Of a stretch of 64,000 bases of DNA, positions 38,470-49,769 are shown in pieces. The number at the start of each line of letters is the position of its first letter. Within the stretch, counting starts at the first letter, position 1. The translations under genes and the position numbers were made by a program. The stretch is from Epiperipatus broadwayi. Taxonomy: Eukaryota; Animalia; Onychophora. The stretch spans positions 8,432,001 to 8,496,000 of the forward strand of contig JAQFVV010000006.1 in assembly GCA_028023455.1 (NCBI GenBank). The letters run 5' to 3'. The notes under the pieces were generated by a model. The model was not told the origin of the DNA. It saw only the letters and a program-made list of their open reading frames with translations, and ran no database searches.

Positions 38470-39720
38470 AATTGTTGGAACGAAGAATATAACAAGAAAT
38501 GATCCAAAAATTACAATCTAAGTAAAATATATGATAGAGTGTTTACATGGTTGAGATAGAGACTGAAATATATTATTGTTTTGGTAAATAAAAAGGAATT
38601 AGAAAGGATAGAAAGAATTCAAGTGTTAAAATAATGAAGAAAAAGATGTAGTAGTGGTCATAATTTTATGTTGGTAAAATTATAAATATCTGAAAGGCTA
38701 AGTTAATCAAATTTATTGGAAGACTGATAAGAATGGAAGGGAAATAAGACAATGAGGTTAATTCAAATAAGTTTAATACTATTTTATATGAAGAAAATTG
38801 TAAATAACTGTTTATTTTGCACCAATAAGGTTAATAAGCGAATATGGCGAGAAAATTTTTAGAAAGTATAAAAAAAAACCCAAAGGATTATAAGGGGCCG
38901 TTTAGAAGCAATTGGGAGGGGGAAAGGAAAAATTTAGACAGGATAACTAGTTTTAAAAAAAGAAATAGCTAGAATAAAAATGGAAATGAGGTGAACTTAG
39001 TAAAAAGTTATTGAAGAAAATTAACAGTATGAAAAGCTGGTGGCATATGAAGAAGAAAATTAAAAAAGAAAAGGATGTTATTTCATTAAATATTGAGTAT
39101 AAGACAAACTTGAAAAAATACTGATAAATTGGAGGAAAAACTTATGAGGGAAAGTTGGTAAGTAAATACACTGTTAGAGTGATTAATTGAAAAAAAAAAA
39201 GTGATACAGTAACAAATGTTGCATTAAATAAAGCTAAAGACAGATTGAAAAATAAAAAAAGATTAGATGGTATGGCAGCTGAAATGGTAGTAGCTACAGG
39301 AAAATATGAGAAGTTTAGTTTAAAAAGAAGTTTTAATAAAAATAATAGTTTATAATAAACAGCAGAATGGAAGGGTTTAAGAATTACATTATTATATAAA
39401 GGAAATAAATAGAAGGAAAATATATGAAACAAATTATACAAAATAATATAAATACATGTATGAACATTTACAAAAAGTCAATTGATTTAACGAATGATTG
39501 GGTAATGGATAAAGAATGGAAAGTAATATAAAAAGAGAGAGATAAATAAATTGATAGAAATAATGAATTATAGGAAATGTTGGTAGATGTCGCTATGTAC
39601 GTAATATACATGTTGGTATCAGTAAGAGATATTGAAATGGGTAAAAAATTTAGTATTACCGAAAAAGGCTTTTATATATATAATTATTATGTGATGTATT
39701 TATAAGTTGTTATAATCAAA
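38470..39720 (+). mobile_element. Highly decayed non-LTR retrotransposon remnant (pre-RT region)
   Basis: A-rich strand with LDGMAAE (GPDG..E-like), EWKGLRITLLYKG (WK...I..L.K) and a DxxKAF-like remnant. No long ORF. Confidence 0.4.
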
Positions 39721-40149
39721 TAAAGATTTATATTATATAAAAAAAAATTGTTTATTTTCGAAAGGAATTTTACTGATAAAACAAACTTAGTATATTACAA
39801 TAGAAATAGGGGGGGGAGGGAGAACAAAACAAAAAATTTGATATTTACAATTTGTTAGAATTAGAAAAAAACACTTCATATTGTTAAATATACAAAATTG
39901 TAATGAATCTATCAGATAATAAAGAAAAAGAAATTGAGAAATTGTAATTAGTCCATCTCATTACAGCTTAGAGCATTCAGGAATAAGTGACCATATAGCT
40001 AAAAATATATCTGGTGAAGTAAATTTTTGGTCTCTCTATTCAATAGTATCTAGTTTGTTTTTAAATGCATCCACGTGTGTTCTTATATCACTATTCTAAA
40101 GAAATAAGCATATTATGCTCCACAGAACATGTCTACAAAGCAAGCTTTA

Positions 40150-41400
40150 GGAAAAGAATTAACAATAAATTGAATTATACTATTATTTTTACGCAGTACT
40201 TTTGTGATACATGATCATAACATCTTGTTGGCTACTACACTTAAAAAATAGGTGTTTTTGATCTTCTTTCTTTAGACATAAACGACATATAGTTTCTGTG
40301 TTGACAAGATTTCTCTTATACCTCAAAAAAATATAATGAAAGTAAATACAACATATATATTTTGAGCATAAAATCAAAATATTTCGGCTCAAGAGCCCAA
40401 TACTTAAATCTTCTTATCAGTTACCTATTATTAATGCTAAACATTAGAGATTCAGGTCTCCATTTATGTTTGGATATAAAAAAGCATGAATTTTCCACTA
40501 TTGCCATTTTTCTTGTGGAAATGTTATTTTAATATTTGTCATTAGGTTAATTGGTGCTATGGAGAAGGCTTATCTCTTGGTGTTATCTTAAATGTTGTCT
40601 CTAGATGTAGAAATAATCTTATCATGGTTGACATAAGGTTAATAGATTTTAGGTTGTTAATTAGACCAAAAGTAGTAACTTTCATAATTTATGGATTATT
40701 TCAATATATCTTAATTATAATAACAATGTAGCTTAAACCATGGCACATGCGCTTTACAGATGGAACGATATTTATAATGAATACTCTCCTTTCCAAACAC
40801 AAGATAGTCTTTTTAAAAGATAGAATGAATAATGTTAGGGTTTGGATGCAAGTGGAATTTTGAGGAGTTCCAGAATGGATTTCATACAGGGAAGATAGAA
40901 GACAATTCATTTCTTGTAACAGGTAATGGAAATCTTATAAGGAAAATAAACTATTATTTATTGCATCATTAAAGATAGAATAGTTTATGATGGTTGGACT
41001 TGTATTCAGGATTGTTTTTAGCATGCTTACATAAGTATTTATGCTGCATTAATCTAGTGGAGATATTAGCTTTGGGTTCCCATAGTATATAGCAATGCAG
41101 TCTGGGTTATTGCATGGGATTTTGTGTAAGATATGCAGTGTTTCTTCCTTTAAAATTTTGCCTACCTGGATCTGAAAATTTCCATGAATACAGCGTATTA
41201 TTTAGAATTATATGAATGTGAATATTCTTAGTGAATAAGTAGAAACTGTTTATTGGCATTTAATCTTCAATTATATAGTCATAATTTATTTCATTATAAG
41301 TTTAATTGCAGATGTAAAAATAAGCACAAAATGTTTTGGAAAAGATTTAATTTAAGGAAGCCCACAATGTTTTGAAAATGTTATGGCAATGGATACATAT
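40150..41400 (-). mobile_element. Decayed non-LTR retrotransposon RT plus C-terminal zinc-binding remnant
   Basis: Minus strand FKGRNT (GFxxGRST-like), SGTPQNS...TLFIL (GxPQGSxLSPxLF-like), and ICRLCLKKEDQKHLFFKC (zf-RVT-type CxxC...HLFFxC). Confidence 0.6.
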
Positions 41401-42599
41401 CTAATGGATTGGACATGCAAAGTGAAAGAATAGTAAGAGACTTCCTAAAAAGTTCTTAATAGTGACATGACTTTCATGAAAAAGCATGGCCTATCAGCTT
41501 TAATTATCAATATAGTATTTACCATTGAATGAAAGATTAGATCAAAAATAAAATGTCCGCATTTATTCTTGAATCCAGGTTGCAAGATATATTAAATAAA
41601 ATCAAGATAATATACTTTGTTATTGTAAAAATATTAATATTAATCAAAACAATATCAATCATTAAAAAAAACACTGATTGCAAATCAAATTCATATAAAA
41701 ATGCTAATCGGTAAAAAATATCCATATTTATTTTTTAATATATGATGCCTATTAATTTATAGTGAGAATGTATTGCCATGTACTTTTAGTTCATATATAT
41801 CTTGTCATGGACTGCCTTCTGCTTTCCTTTATTTATCTTACATTCTTTATTGCTAAATGTCTTCATTTTATTTAATAATCGCTCATAACAGTAATTTCAC
41901 AGACGTTGTAAATTCAAAAATAAATGCAGTCATTTGTTACAGTTTTTCATTCTTGTTTCATTTTATTAATCGTTAATGTATTTCATTGTTAAATAACTGA
42001 TATTGCCTTAACTAATGAATTATTTTTATTGCAAAACTAAATATTTTCTTCATTCTATTTCATATAATGTAGTCGTAAATTCAATAATAATTACGGACAT
42101 TTTATTTTTTTTTGTGTCTGGTTTTTTACTCACCCTACACAAATACTATATAGCTCCACCTGGCGGATAGACCATACATTATATTAGCACTATCTTAAAG
42201 ATATGTATATATATATATTCTTAGCAAGTAATAGTTATTAATTTGTTGGTGATCTTCATTAATAGTTTTCATAACCTATTTCTGCTATGTATTTGGTTTT
42301 AATTGATAATATAATAATAAGTATAAAATGCTTGATAATATTTTCATTCAAGAATGTTCCATTATGTTCTGAAAACACATGGGCAAGATTGAAAGACTGT
42401 ACTGATACATTCTTCTGCTTATTGGATATGGTTATATGGAATGTGAAAGGAATATACAGTAACAGTCTTCCTAAAAAAAAAAAAAAAGTCTTTAACATTT
42501 AACTTGAGCATAATTTTTTATAATAATGGCAGCCACCAATCAGATTATATCAAAAAACGTTTCAAAGGGTGCAGTACTAATTTCTTTCATTGGCAGATA

Positions 42600-43443
42600 T
42601 AGTAATATTTAATGGATTTTCTCAAAATATGAACATAAAGATTGATTGTGATGAGTTAGAACAGTTACAAATACCTTGGTCAGATTATTAATACAGATGG
42701 AAACATAATGGATAAAATTAATCATAGAATTAAATTTGGTTGGGCTGCGGTTTTTAATAAATGAGTTTTACCAGTTCTTACTTATGGATCTGAGACTTAA
42801 ACACTTAATAGAAGAGCAATACAGAGACTTCAGATCACTCAAAGAAGTATGGAGATATGCATGTTGGGAGTAACAAGAAGAGATAGAAAACGCAATATAT
42901 GGGTAAGAGAACAAACAGATGTTACTGACCTCATTGCAAAAATTAAAAGACAAGTAGAGTTGGGCTGGACATATTGCTAGAAGAGATGATAATAGATGGA
43001 CAATAAAAATCTTAAACTGGATTCCAAGAAACTGTAAAAAACCTAGAAAGAAATCACATGAGATGGATGGATGAAATAAGAAAGTGTGCAGGGGTGATGT
43101 GGTGAAGAGAAGCTAAAGATCGGAGATGTATTGAACTTGGAAAGACCTTCATCCTATAGTGGATTGATAATGGTTGATGATGAATATATAATGGAGTTGG
43201 GTTACACATATTGCTAAAAGAATTGATAATAGATAGACAGTTGAAATCTTAAACAGGATTTCAAGAGATCGTAAAAGACCATATGTAAGATGGATTGAAG
43301 AAATAAGGAAGTGTGTTGGAGTAGTGTGGAGAAGAAAGGCTAGAGCTAGGAGAAGATGGATTGAACTTGGAGAGACCATTATCCCACAGTGGATCGATAA
43401 TGGTTGAAAATATTGGTGATGAATGTATAATGGAGAGTTACAC
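42600..43443 (+). mobile_element. RTE-clade LINE 3' fragment with doubled 3' terminus
   Basis: Colinear with 9540-10190 (KYLGQIINTDGNIM, VLTYGSET, WAGHIARRDDNRW), followed by a second diverged 3' end from ~43180. Confidence 0.92.
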
Positions 43444-43873
43444 AAATAAGCATGACATCAAAATGTTGTTTTTTTATCAGCTGAAAAAATTAAAATAAGC
43501 TTCGCAGGATAATCAATTAAACAAATTTTATAACAGTGGATGATATATATAGATGTATTTACTTTTAGCAGATTGTTATATATAGATATTACAAAAATCT
43601 TCTTTCACTTTTTTTCGCTCTTTTTCTTTTTTTCTAAAATTATATAATGGCTGTATTTGTTTACGAGTAGTTGCTTACTGTCAGCATTTAGATCTTCTTG
43701 ACTTTATGATGACAATCTAGTATTTTATTTCAATAGTTTTCGTGTTGATTTGCATCATTAGTAATGTTTAACCGTGATTATAGTTATGTGTCCAGATTTG
43801 TCTATCACTATCCCTCTGGATTTTGTAAATCGCTGTGCTTTCCTTTATAAATAGACTTAAAATAAAAATGTTT

Positions 43874-43931
43874 TATTTAAAATACAGGCATTAATCAAGG
43901 CTCAGTATCATTTATTTACTATCACGTAAGT
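43874..43931 (+). promoter_or_regulatory. Possible Pol II core promoter with short first exon
   Basis: TATTTAAA at 43874-43881, 30 nt upstream of the A in Inr-like TCAGT (43902-43906); donor GTAAGT at 43926; strong acceptor (C/T)n-CATACAG at 44187; locally CpG-retaining sequence. Confidence 0.3.
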
Positions 43932-44699
43932 CAATACTTTATACTCAACTTAAGGAACAGTGAAAGCGAAATTAATTTTGAAAATATTTTAAGAAAATGA
44001 AAAGAGAATAAAAAATATCTTCTCTTTTTTAAAATCCCTTCCCATTTCTTTTTTTCATAATTATCTTTTAATATAAAAAGGAAGAAGAAGAAAAAAAATG
44101 CACACATACTTTCAAAAGCAATTACCATTAAAAACTCTTCATCGATGTTCCACTCATCCCCCCCCCCTTTTTTTTTTTTTCATACAGGTTATTTTCAGAC
44201 GTAAATTTTCTTCTTTCAACACGTGATTGTAATTTTAATATTTATTACATAATGAAATTTATCAATTTTTAGTAATCAGCCATGCTAATAATTTGATTAA
44301 TTAAAGATCTGCTTAATAAATTAAATATTCACCGCACCACGATCCACATACATTTAATCTTATCACGATAATAAATTAATTTAATAGTGAATTTCCATCA
44401 AAGAAAAAGTAAGACTTAGTGGGAAAAAAAACCCACAACAACAACAATAATAAAGACAGTAATTAAATAAATATTTAAAAAAAAACAACTCAAATTCATG
44501 AAAATACAATAACTCTAATCCCGAGTAATCAAAATCCATGAAATATATATATAATACTTTCTTTACAATTTTTTTTAAAAAAAAAACCGTTACAATATCC
44601 TTGACAGAATTATTGAAAAAAAAAATCAATTTTATAATAATGAAATTAATTCACGAATTGCATTTGCAATAAAGAAATCATACACGTAACTTCTTATAC

Positions 44700-45070
44700 T
44701 GAATGTTACTTATACATGTAAGTAAAGAGTTTGAACTCGGGATTTTTCAAACCATATTAGACTTCCACTCCTTGTACTGAATGTTACTTATAAATGTAAG
44801 TAAGTAAAGAGTTTGAACTCGGGATTTTTCAAACCAAATTCGTCTTCCACTCCTTGTACTGAATGTTACTTATACGTGTAAGTAAAGAGTTTGAACTCAG
44901 GATTTTTCAGACTATATTCCATTCCAACTCAGGTAACCGATACACATCATCACATACATGCGAAGAAAAGATAAACCATCCCCAATACACGTTATTCGTG
45001 CAGGACGAATATAGATTGAAAAATCCCAAGTACAAATCCCTTTACTTACACATATAAGAAGCATTCAGCA
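44700..45070. mobile_element. Family D head-to-head remnant whose tail is amplified into three ~80-bp tandem units
   Basis: TGAATGTTACTTATA...AGTAAAGAGTTTGAACTC(G/A)GGATTTTTCA x3 (reverse complement of the family D tail); minus body to ~45003; plus tail 45005-45070. Confidence 0.7.
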
Positions 45071-45149
45071 TACACAAATTACATATTGTCTTGGAAGTAG
45101 ATTATGTCATAGTACAAGTTCAGCCCATCCCTCTATTAGCATATATGAA

Positions 45150-45690
45150 TACGTAATGGTGGTTAGATTGACATGATGTCTACATGGGTATGATTACAGT
45201 ATCAAATCCAATAAGGGCTTTCAGCATTCCGTCATCAATTTTTCAAAACAAATGGATGGTTGAATAGTTGGAAGGGTGAGAAGGTGGAAGCCTGACCAAT
45301 AAAGTTTAAGGAATTGCTTTTGTAATATAGGCTGAGTACTGATTGTATTCACAGAAGCAAAACTCTCCATATAATAGCGCTACTCAGTGCAAGCCAGAGT
45401 AATCAATGGATGCAATGAATGGTGCTAAAGTACGGAGAGTTTTGCCTCTATGTAAACATCTTGCATAAGGATAAAGAATGGTAATCATGTTATGCGGAAG
45501 GTTTATATGTGTGGAAGATTATGATCTGGCCCAATTGATGAGTGCTGGTTCTGCAAAAAATATGTATATTGGGGACCATTTATCTTTTTCACATGTATGT
45601 GGTCATTTTGTATTGGTTGCTTAAGATGAAGTGGAGAATAAATATAGATTGAAAAATCATAAGTTTAAATCCCTTTACTTAAATAAAGGC
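45150..45690 (+). mobile_element. Family D copy carrying a nested family C foldback (~45348-45493)
   Basis: Colinear with family D. HHR remnant CCCAA-TTGATGA-GTGCTGGTTCTGCAA-AAAA-TATGTA-TA-TTGGG at 45530-45573. The insert matches family C (CTCAGTGCAAGCCAGAGTAATCAATGGATGC). Confidence 0.75.
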
Positions 45691-45723
45691 ATCAATAATA
45701 TATATATAATGAAAACATTAAAA

Positions 45724-45910
45724 TTGTATTATAAATGTTTTATAAAGAGCTCACAAATAAGCTCTTAACAAGCTTTGCAGAATATCCTCAACTGCTATTG
45801 GCTTCATCAGTTAGATGCCAGGATATTCTAGCATTAGATTAAAAATACTATTCTGCAAAGCTTCTTAAGAGCTTATTTGTGAGTTCTTTATAAAACATTT
45901 GTAATACAAG
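45724..45910. repeat. Foldback with ~60-bp arms enclosing a truncated CTGATGA motif
   Basis: ATGTTTTATAAAGAGCTCACAAATAAGCTCTTAACAAGCTTTGCAGAATA / reverse complement at 45850-45900; TCATCAG at 45804-45810. Confidence 0.75.
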
Positions 45911-46550
45911 CTTGTTTAAATTAGGTCATGTGACATCTAATTTTATTTATTTGTAATTAAAATTGTAGGCTGTATGGTATTAATGCAATGGTGAAATGGC
46001 TTGAAAAGTAAAACGTTTTGAATCGAAAATTAATTCAATTCTGACTGGGATGTCATATGACCTTTTGAGCACTTAACCATCTGTTTATTATTAAAAGTTA
46101 ATATGAATATAATGGACATTTCAGAAAAATGTGTTGTTGAAATTTCTTCTCTTAATTCAGATTTTCAAATCAATTTTACAAATTGAATGAAATTAACTTT
46201 TTGTAAATCTATTCAAGTAAAATATCTCTTCAATTTTGTTTTTTCTGACAGTGTTAAGCTGATAAAGCGAACTTACAGCAAAGAGAAATGAACATTCAAA
46301 GGTATAAAGAATTACTTCACTTAGGTTAATTAAACAATATTTCATGGGATACATTGTTTTTTAAAGACTTCAAAATCTTTAAAAAAAAATAAATCCAACC
46401 TTTATACCCATATGTTTAATATTTTTAATATAGTTTATTTAGTTAGTTTTCATGGATACAGTCTTCATCAGACCTAGCTAAAAATATAATTTTAATATTA
46501 AAAAATATATTTGTTCTTTAACATTTAAATACCAGTATATTGCCCATACT

Positions 46551-47088
46551 GAACTTAATATAATTAGGCAACGATTTGAACTCAGACTTTCAAGCTCCCT
46601 GCAGCTATCCACTCCATTTTATACAACAGATATACATGACCATATACATGTGAAAAAGATCTCCAATAACCAGCACTCACCAGTTGGTCCAGATCAGCAT
46701 CTTCCACACACATATATAATCAGTGTCCAGTTCATATTAAGATAGCAAATCTTCAAACTTCAACATAACAGGTTTCGATCTTCTCCACCCTACAACTCTT
46801 CAGCCATCCATATCATTGAAAATCTGATAACAGATTGCTCAAAGCCCTTGTTGGTGTCAATATTATTGTCACACCCATGTTGATTTAAGGTCTCACTGAC
46901 CTCTCACATATATGTGTGGGAGATGATAATCTGGACCAATTGGCAAGTGCTGATTCAGCACAAAATACTGGAGATCCTTTATCTTTTTTCCAGATATGTG
47001 ATCATGCATATTGGTTGTACAAGATAGAGTGGATAGCTGTAGGGAGGTTGAAACTTTGAATTCAAATTTCTTCTAATTATATGTGTTC
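46551..47088. mobile_element. Family D head-to-head inverted copy (older)
   Basis: Minus arm 46551-46890, plus arm 46895-47088. HHR cores are deleted or mutated (46660-46690; 46935-46975). No clear TSD. Confidence 0.8.
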
Positions 47089-47112
47089 TTTATTAATTTA
47101 CAATTTTAATTA

Positions 47113-47390
47113 AGTAATATTTATTAAGGCTGTAGCCTCAAGAACATGCGTATAAAAATGCGATAGCAGGGACCTCTACAGGTCTTAAACCACAAGCTTA
47201 CTCTTTGGAAGAAAAGAGGGGAGCTATATTCTTCATAAAAAGTTACCTAAGAAGTTTCAACTAATCTACAGTCCTCATCAGAGATAGCTAGAAATATATT
47301 AAAAAATATATTGCTATCTAGTTCTAATGAGATTGCTGATCAGTCGAAACTGTAAATAAATAAAGAATAATAAAAGTATAGAAAGCACAG
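47113..47390. mobile_element. Family M segment abutting two decayed family F-type hammerheads in inverted orientation
   Basis: Family M at 47113-47222. Minus TCT-CTGATGA-GGACTG TAGAT TAGTT-GAAA-CTTC (47248-47284); plus GTT-CTAATGA-GATTG CTGAT CAGTC-GAAA-CT-GTA-AAT (47321-47357). Confidence 0.65.
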
Positions 47391-48701
47391 ACATAGAATT
47401 CAACAGCATTAGATAGATACATCATAAAGTTAAAATTTTAAAAGTTATTTGCGGTTAAAACTCTTATGATAAATTAAATAAGTTGTAGTAAAAAGATGGT
47501 AAAATCAATCTTTAAAAGCCCACCTCCAGACATAGGCATCTCTAGCACCCATTCACAGAGATAGAACGAAAAAAATATTACTGACTAAAATAGTTAGATA
47601 GTTATTTACTGATTAATATTGGATGGTTAATTGGATTGTACTTGAAAAAAAAATTAAGTCTGATGAAAATACGTTTTTATAGAATTCAATTCATGCAATT
47701 GGCAAGTGGATGTTCTATTAATGTACACGGCCTTTATATTGAACTTCTTTATGCAAAATAAGCTGATACAAAAAAAAAACGAATTTTGCTGCCTCTCTTC
47801 CCTATAATTTATCTTGCCAGTATAAAGCTAATATTCAGATCAATGATTTTCAATATTGGTAAGTGTGAACTTGTTTCTAATATCAAATATAGATCATTTT
47901 TGGTAAACTTGTAATGATCTCCTTGGCAAATCTGTCTAATATATTCCACCTCACTGCAGTGTAAACCATAGATACCATTATAAGTGAATGTAGAATACCA
48001 ATATTGTTGACAATGTGATTCTCATTGGAGATTTTTCAATACACCATATTTTGCTCCTTATCTTTGCTTTATTTCAACAGAGTAGTCGCTTTGCAAGAGA
48101 GAGACCTTACTCGTCAATCTATTCTTTTTTGTCATCTTGTAATTAAGAACTAACAATACACATTTCTGGCATTTCATTTCCTAACAATACTGTTGTTTCA
48201 CTTACTTTTCAAATTGTACTGGAATTTATTTCGCCTAAAATCCATCCATAATGGAAACCCATTTTCATAAATTTTAGACTGATTATAGGCAACATCTTCA
48301 ATCATATCAACTCAATATTTTCACAAAATATCTAAACTGCTTTATGTTCTAATGTGTTTGTATTTTAAAAAAGATATTTTTAGTAAATTATGGGCTCATG
48401 TTCCCTTAATTACAGTTGCAGCTATCGATTTTCATCTTGACTCAGCATTTAGAATAATTTGCATCTTAGAAACATAGTGGTAATTTGAAATACTTGAGAT
48501 CTAAATACCTGTGCACTGACTTCTGTCACGTGGACACCCAAATATCACACGACTCCCAAACAACTAGCCATTTTTAGCTTAAAATGATAAAACAAAATCT
48601 TCAATAAAATTTATATTTTCCGTAATATATTTATGTTAAAACTGACATTAGTAAAAAAATGTTAATTGTGCTATCATATTTAGAAAAGGAATAAAGTTAC
48701 T

Positions 48702-48812
48702 TGTCAAGCGTTGTTAGCCGAGGTCATTGCAGCTGCCTTGCAAGCAAGTAGTTGGTTGCGGGTGGTTGTGGGTTCGCCTTCTGGCTGATGCTATGACATA
48801 GAGGGAAAAAAT
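48702..48812 (+). mobile_element. tRNA-Gly-derived short SINE with perfect 14-bp TSD
   Basis: GGAATAAAGTTACT at 48688-48701 and 48813-48826; element ends GACATAGAGGGAAAAAAT. Confidence 0.9.
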
Positions 48813-49108
48813 GGAATAAAGTTACTACATCTAAATTTGGAGAAAAATAGTTTTAATTTCTTTTTAAGAGCATTTCAGAAATTATGCGAATAATGGCTTC
48901 CTCCAGATCATGCCATTCCATATTTGATGCATTTAAGTTTTGCTGTAACGTCTATTAAAACTTCTAAATTTAATTAACTGAATATCATTAAGCTTTGACA
49001 TTGCAAACTTGAGTACATATACACAAGCACTCAATATGCCTTGTCATTTTCTTCTATTCACAAGCAAAACTATTTTTTAGAGCCCACATTGAGCTAAAAT
49101 TGCAGGCT

Positions 49109-49207
49109 TGTCAAGCATTGGTGGTCGAGAGGTCAGTGACAGCTGCTTTACAAGCAGTTGTCCCAGGTTGCGGGTTCGCTTCCTGGCTGATGCTATGACA
49201 CATGAGG
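49109..49207 (+). mobile_element. tRNA-Gly-derived short SINE
   Basis: Same head; TSD-like TAAAATTGC(A)GGCT on both sides (one indel). Confidence 0.85.
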
Positions 49208-49769
49208 TAAAATTGCGGCTTAAAAGCTATAGCCATTGTTTCTTTCATGTTCAACAATAGAAATATGTCATCGCTCTTACAACAACAATTGCGCAACATA
49301 TCGGTGAAGAGGAATAAAAGGGTTTACAGTTGCTTACATCACCATCTCTCATTGTATATGTCAGATTTATTGCAAGTAATTATTTTTTGGTAAAAATTTT
49401 AAAAAAAAGTCATACAAAAATATTCTAATAAAAACAAACTTTTTTGATATGTCAACTGTGCCAAAAAAATTAAAATATCTGCCAATTCTTGACAATTCTT
49501 TTTTTTTTTTTTTTCAAATTAAAAGATATACTGTTCACTCGCGGCGCTACTACGGCATGGTGAAAAACTGCATGTCATAGAGGCAGAAATAACTTCTGAC
49601 TTATTTTTGAATTACAAAGCAAAGATTCTATGCAAACTGTAGCCATATTTGATTTTGTGACTCCTTTAATATATATATTTTACATTCTACAAATTTAATT
49701 TTACCGTAAATCATAATTCATAAATACTTTTAACAAAATGACAGCCATGAAAGCTAAAAGTTTTTAGAT

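Noticed and set aside
46441-46478. Minus-strand CTGATGAAGACTG...GAAA resembling family F
   Set aside because: The 3' strand of stem II, stem III and the NUH triplet are missing.
46252-47858. Micro-exon chain (46252-46301 with ATG; 47821-47858)
   Set aside because: Splice sites look plausible, but the peptide is unrecognisable and the second segment overlaps what may be a decayed LINE endonuclease (VILIGDF-like motif near 48020).
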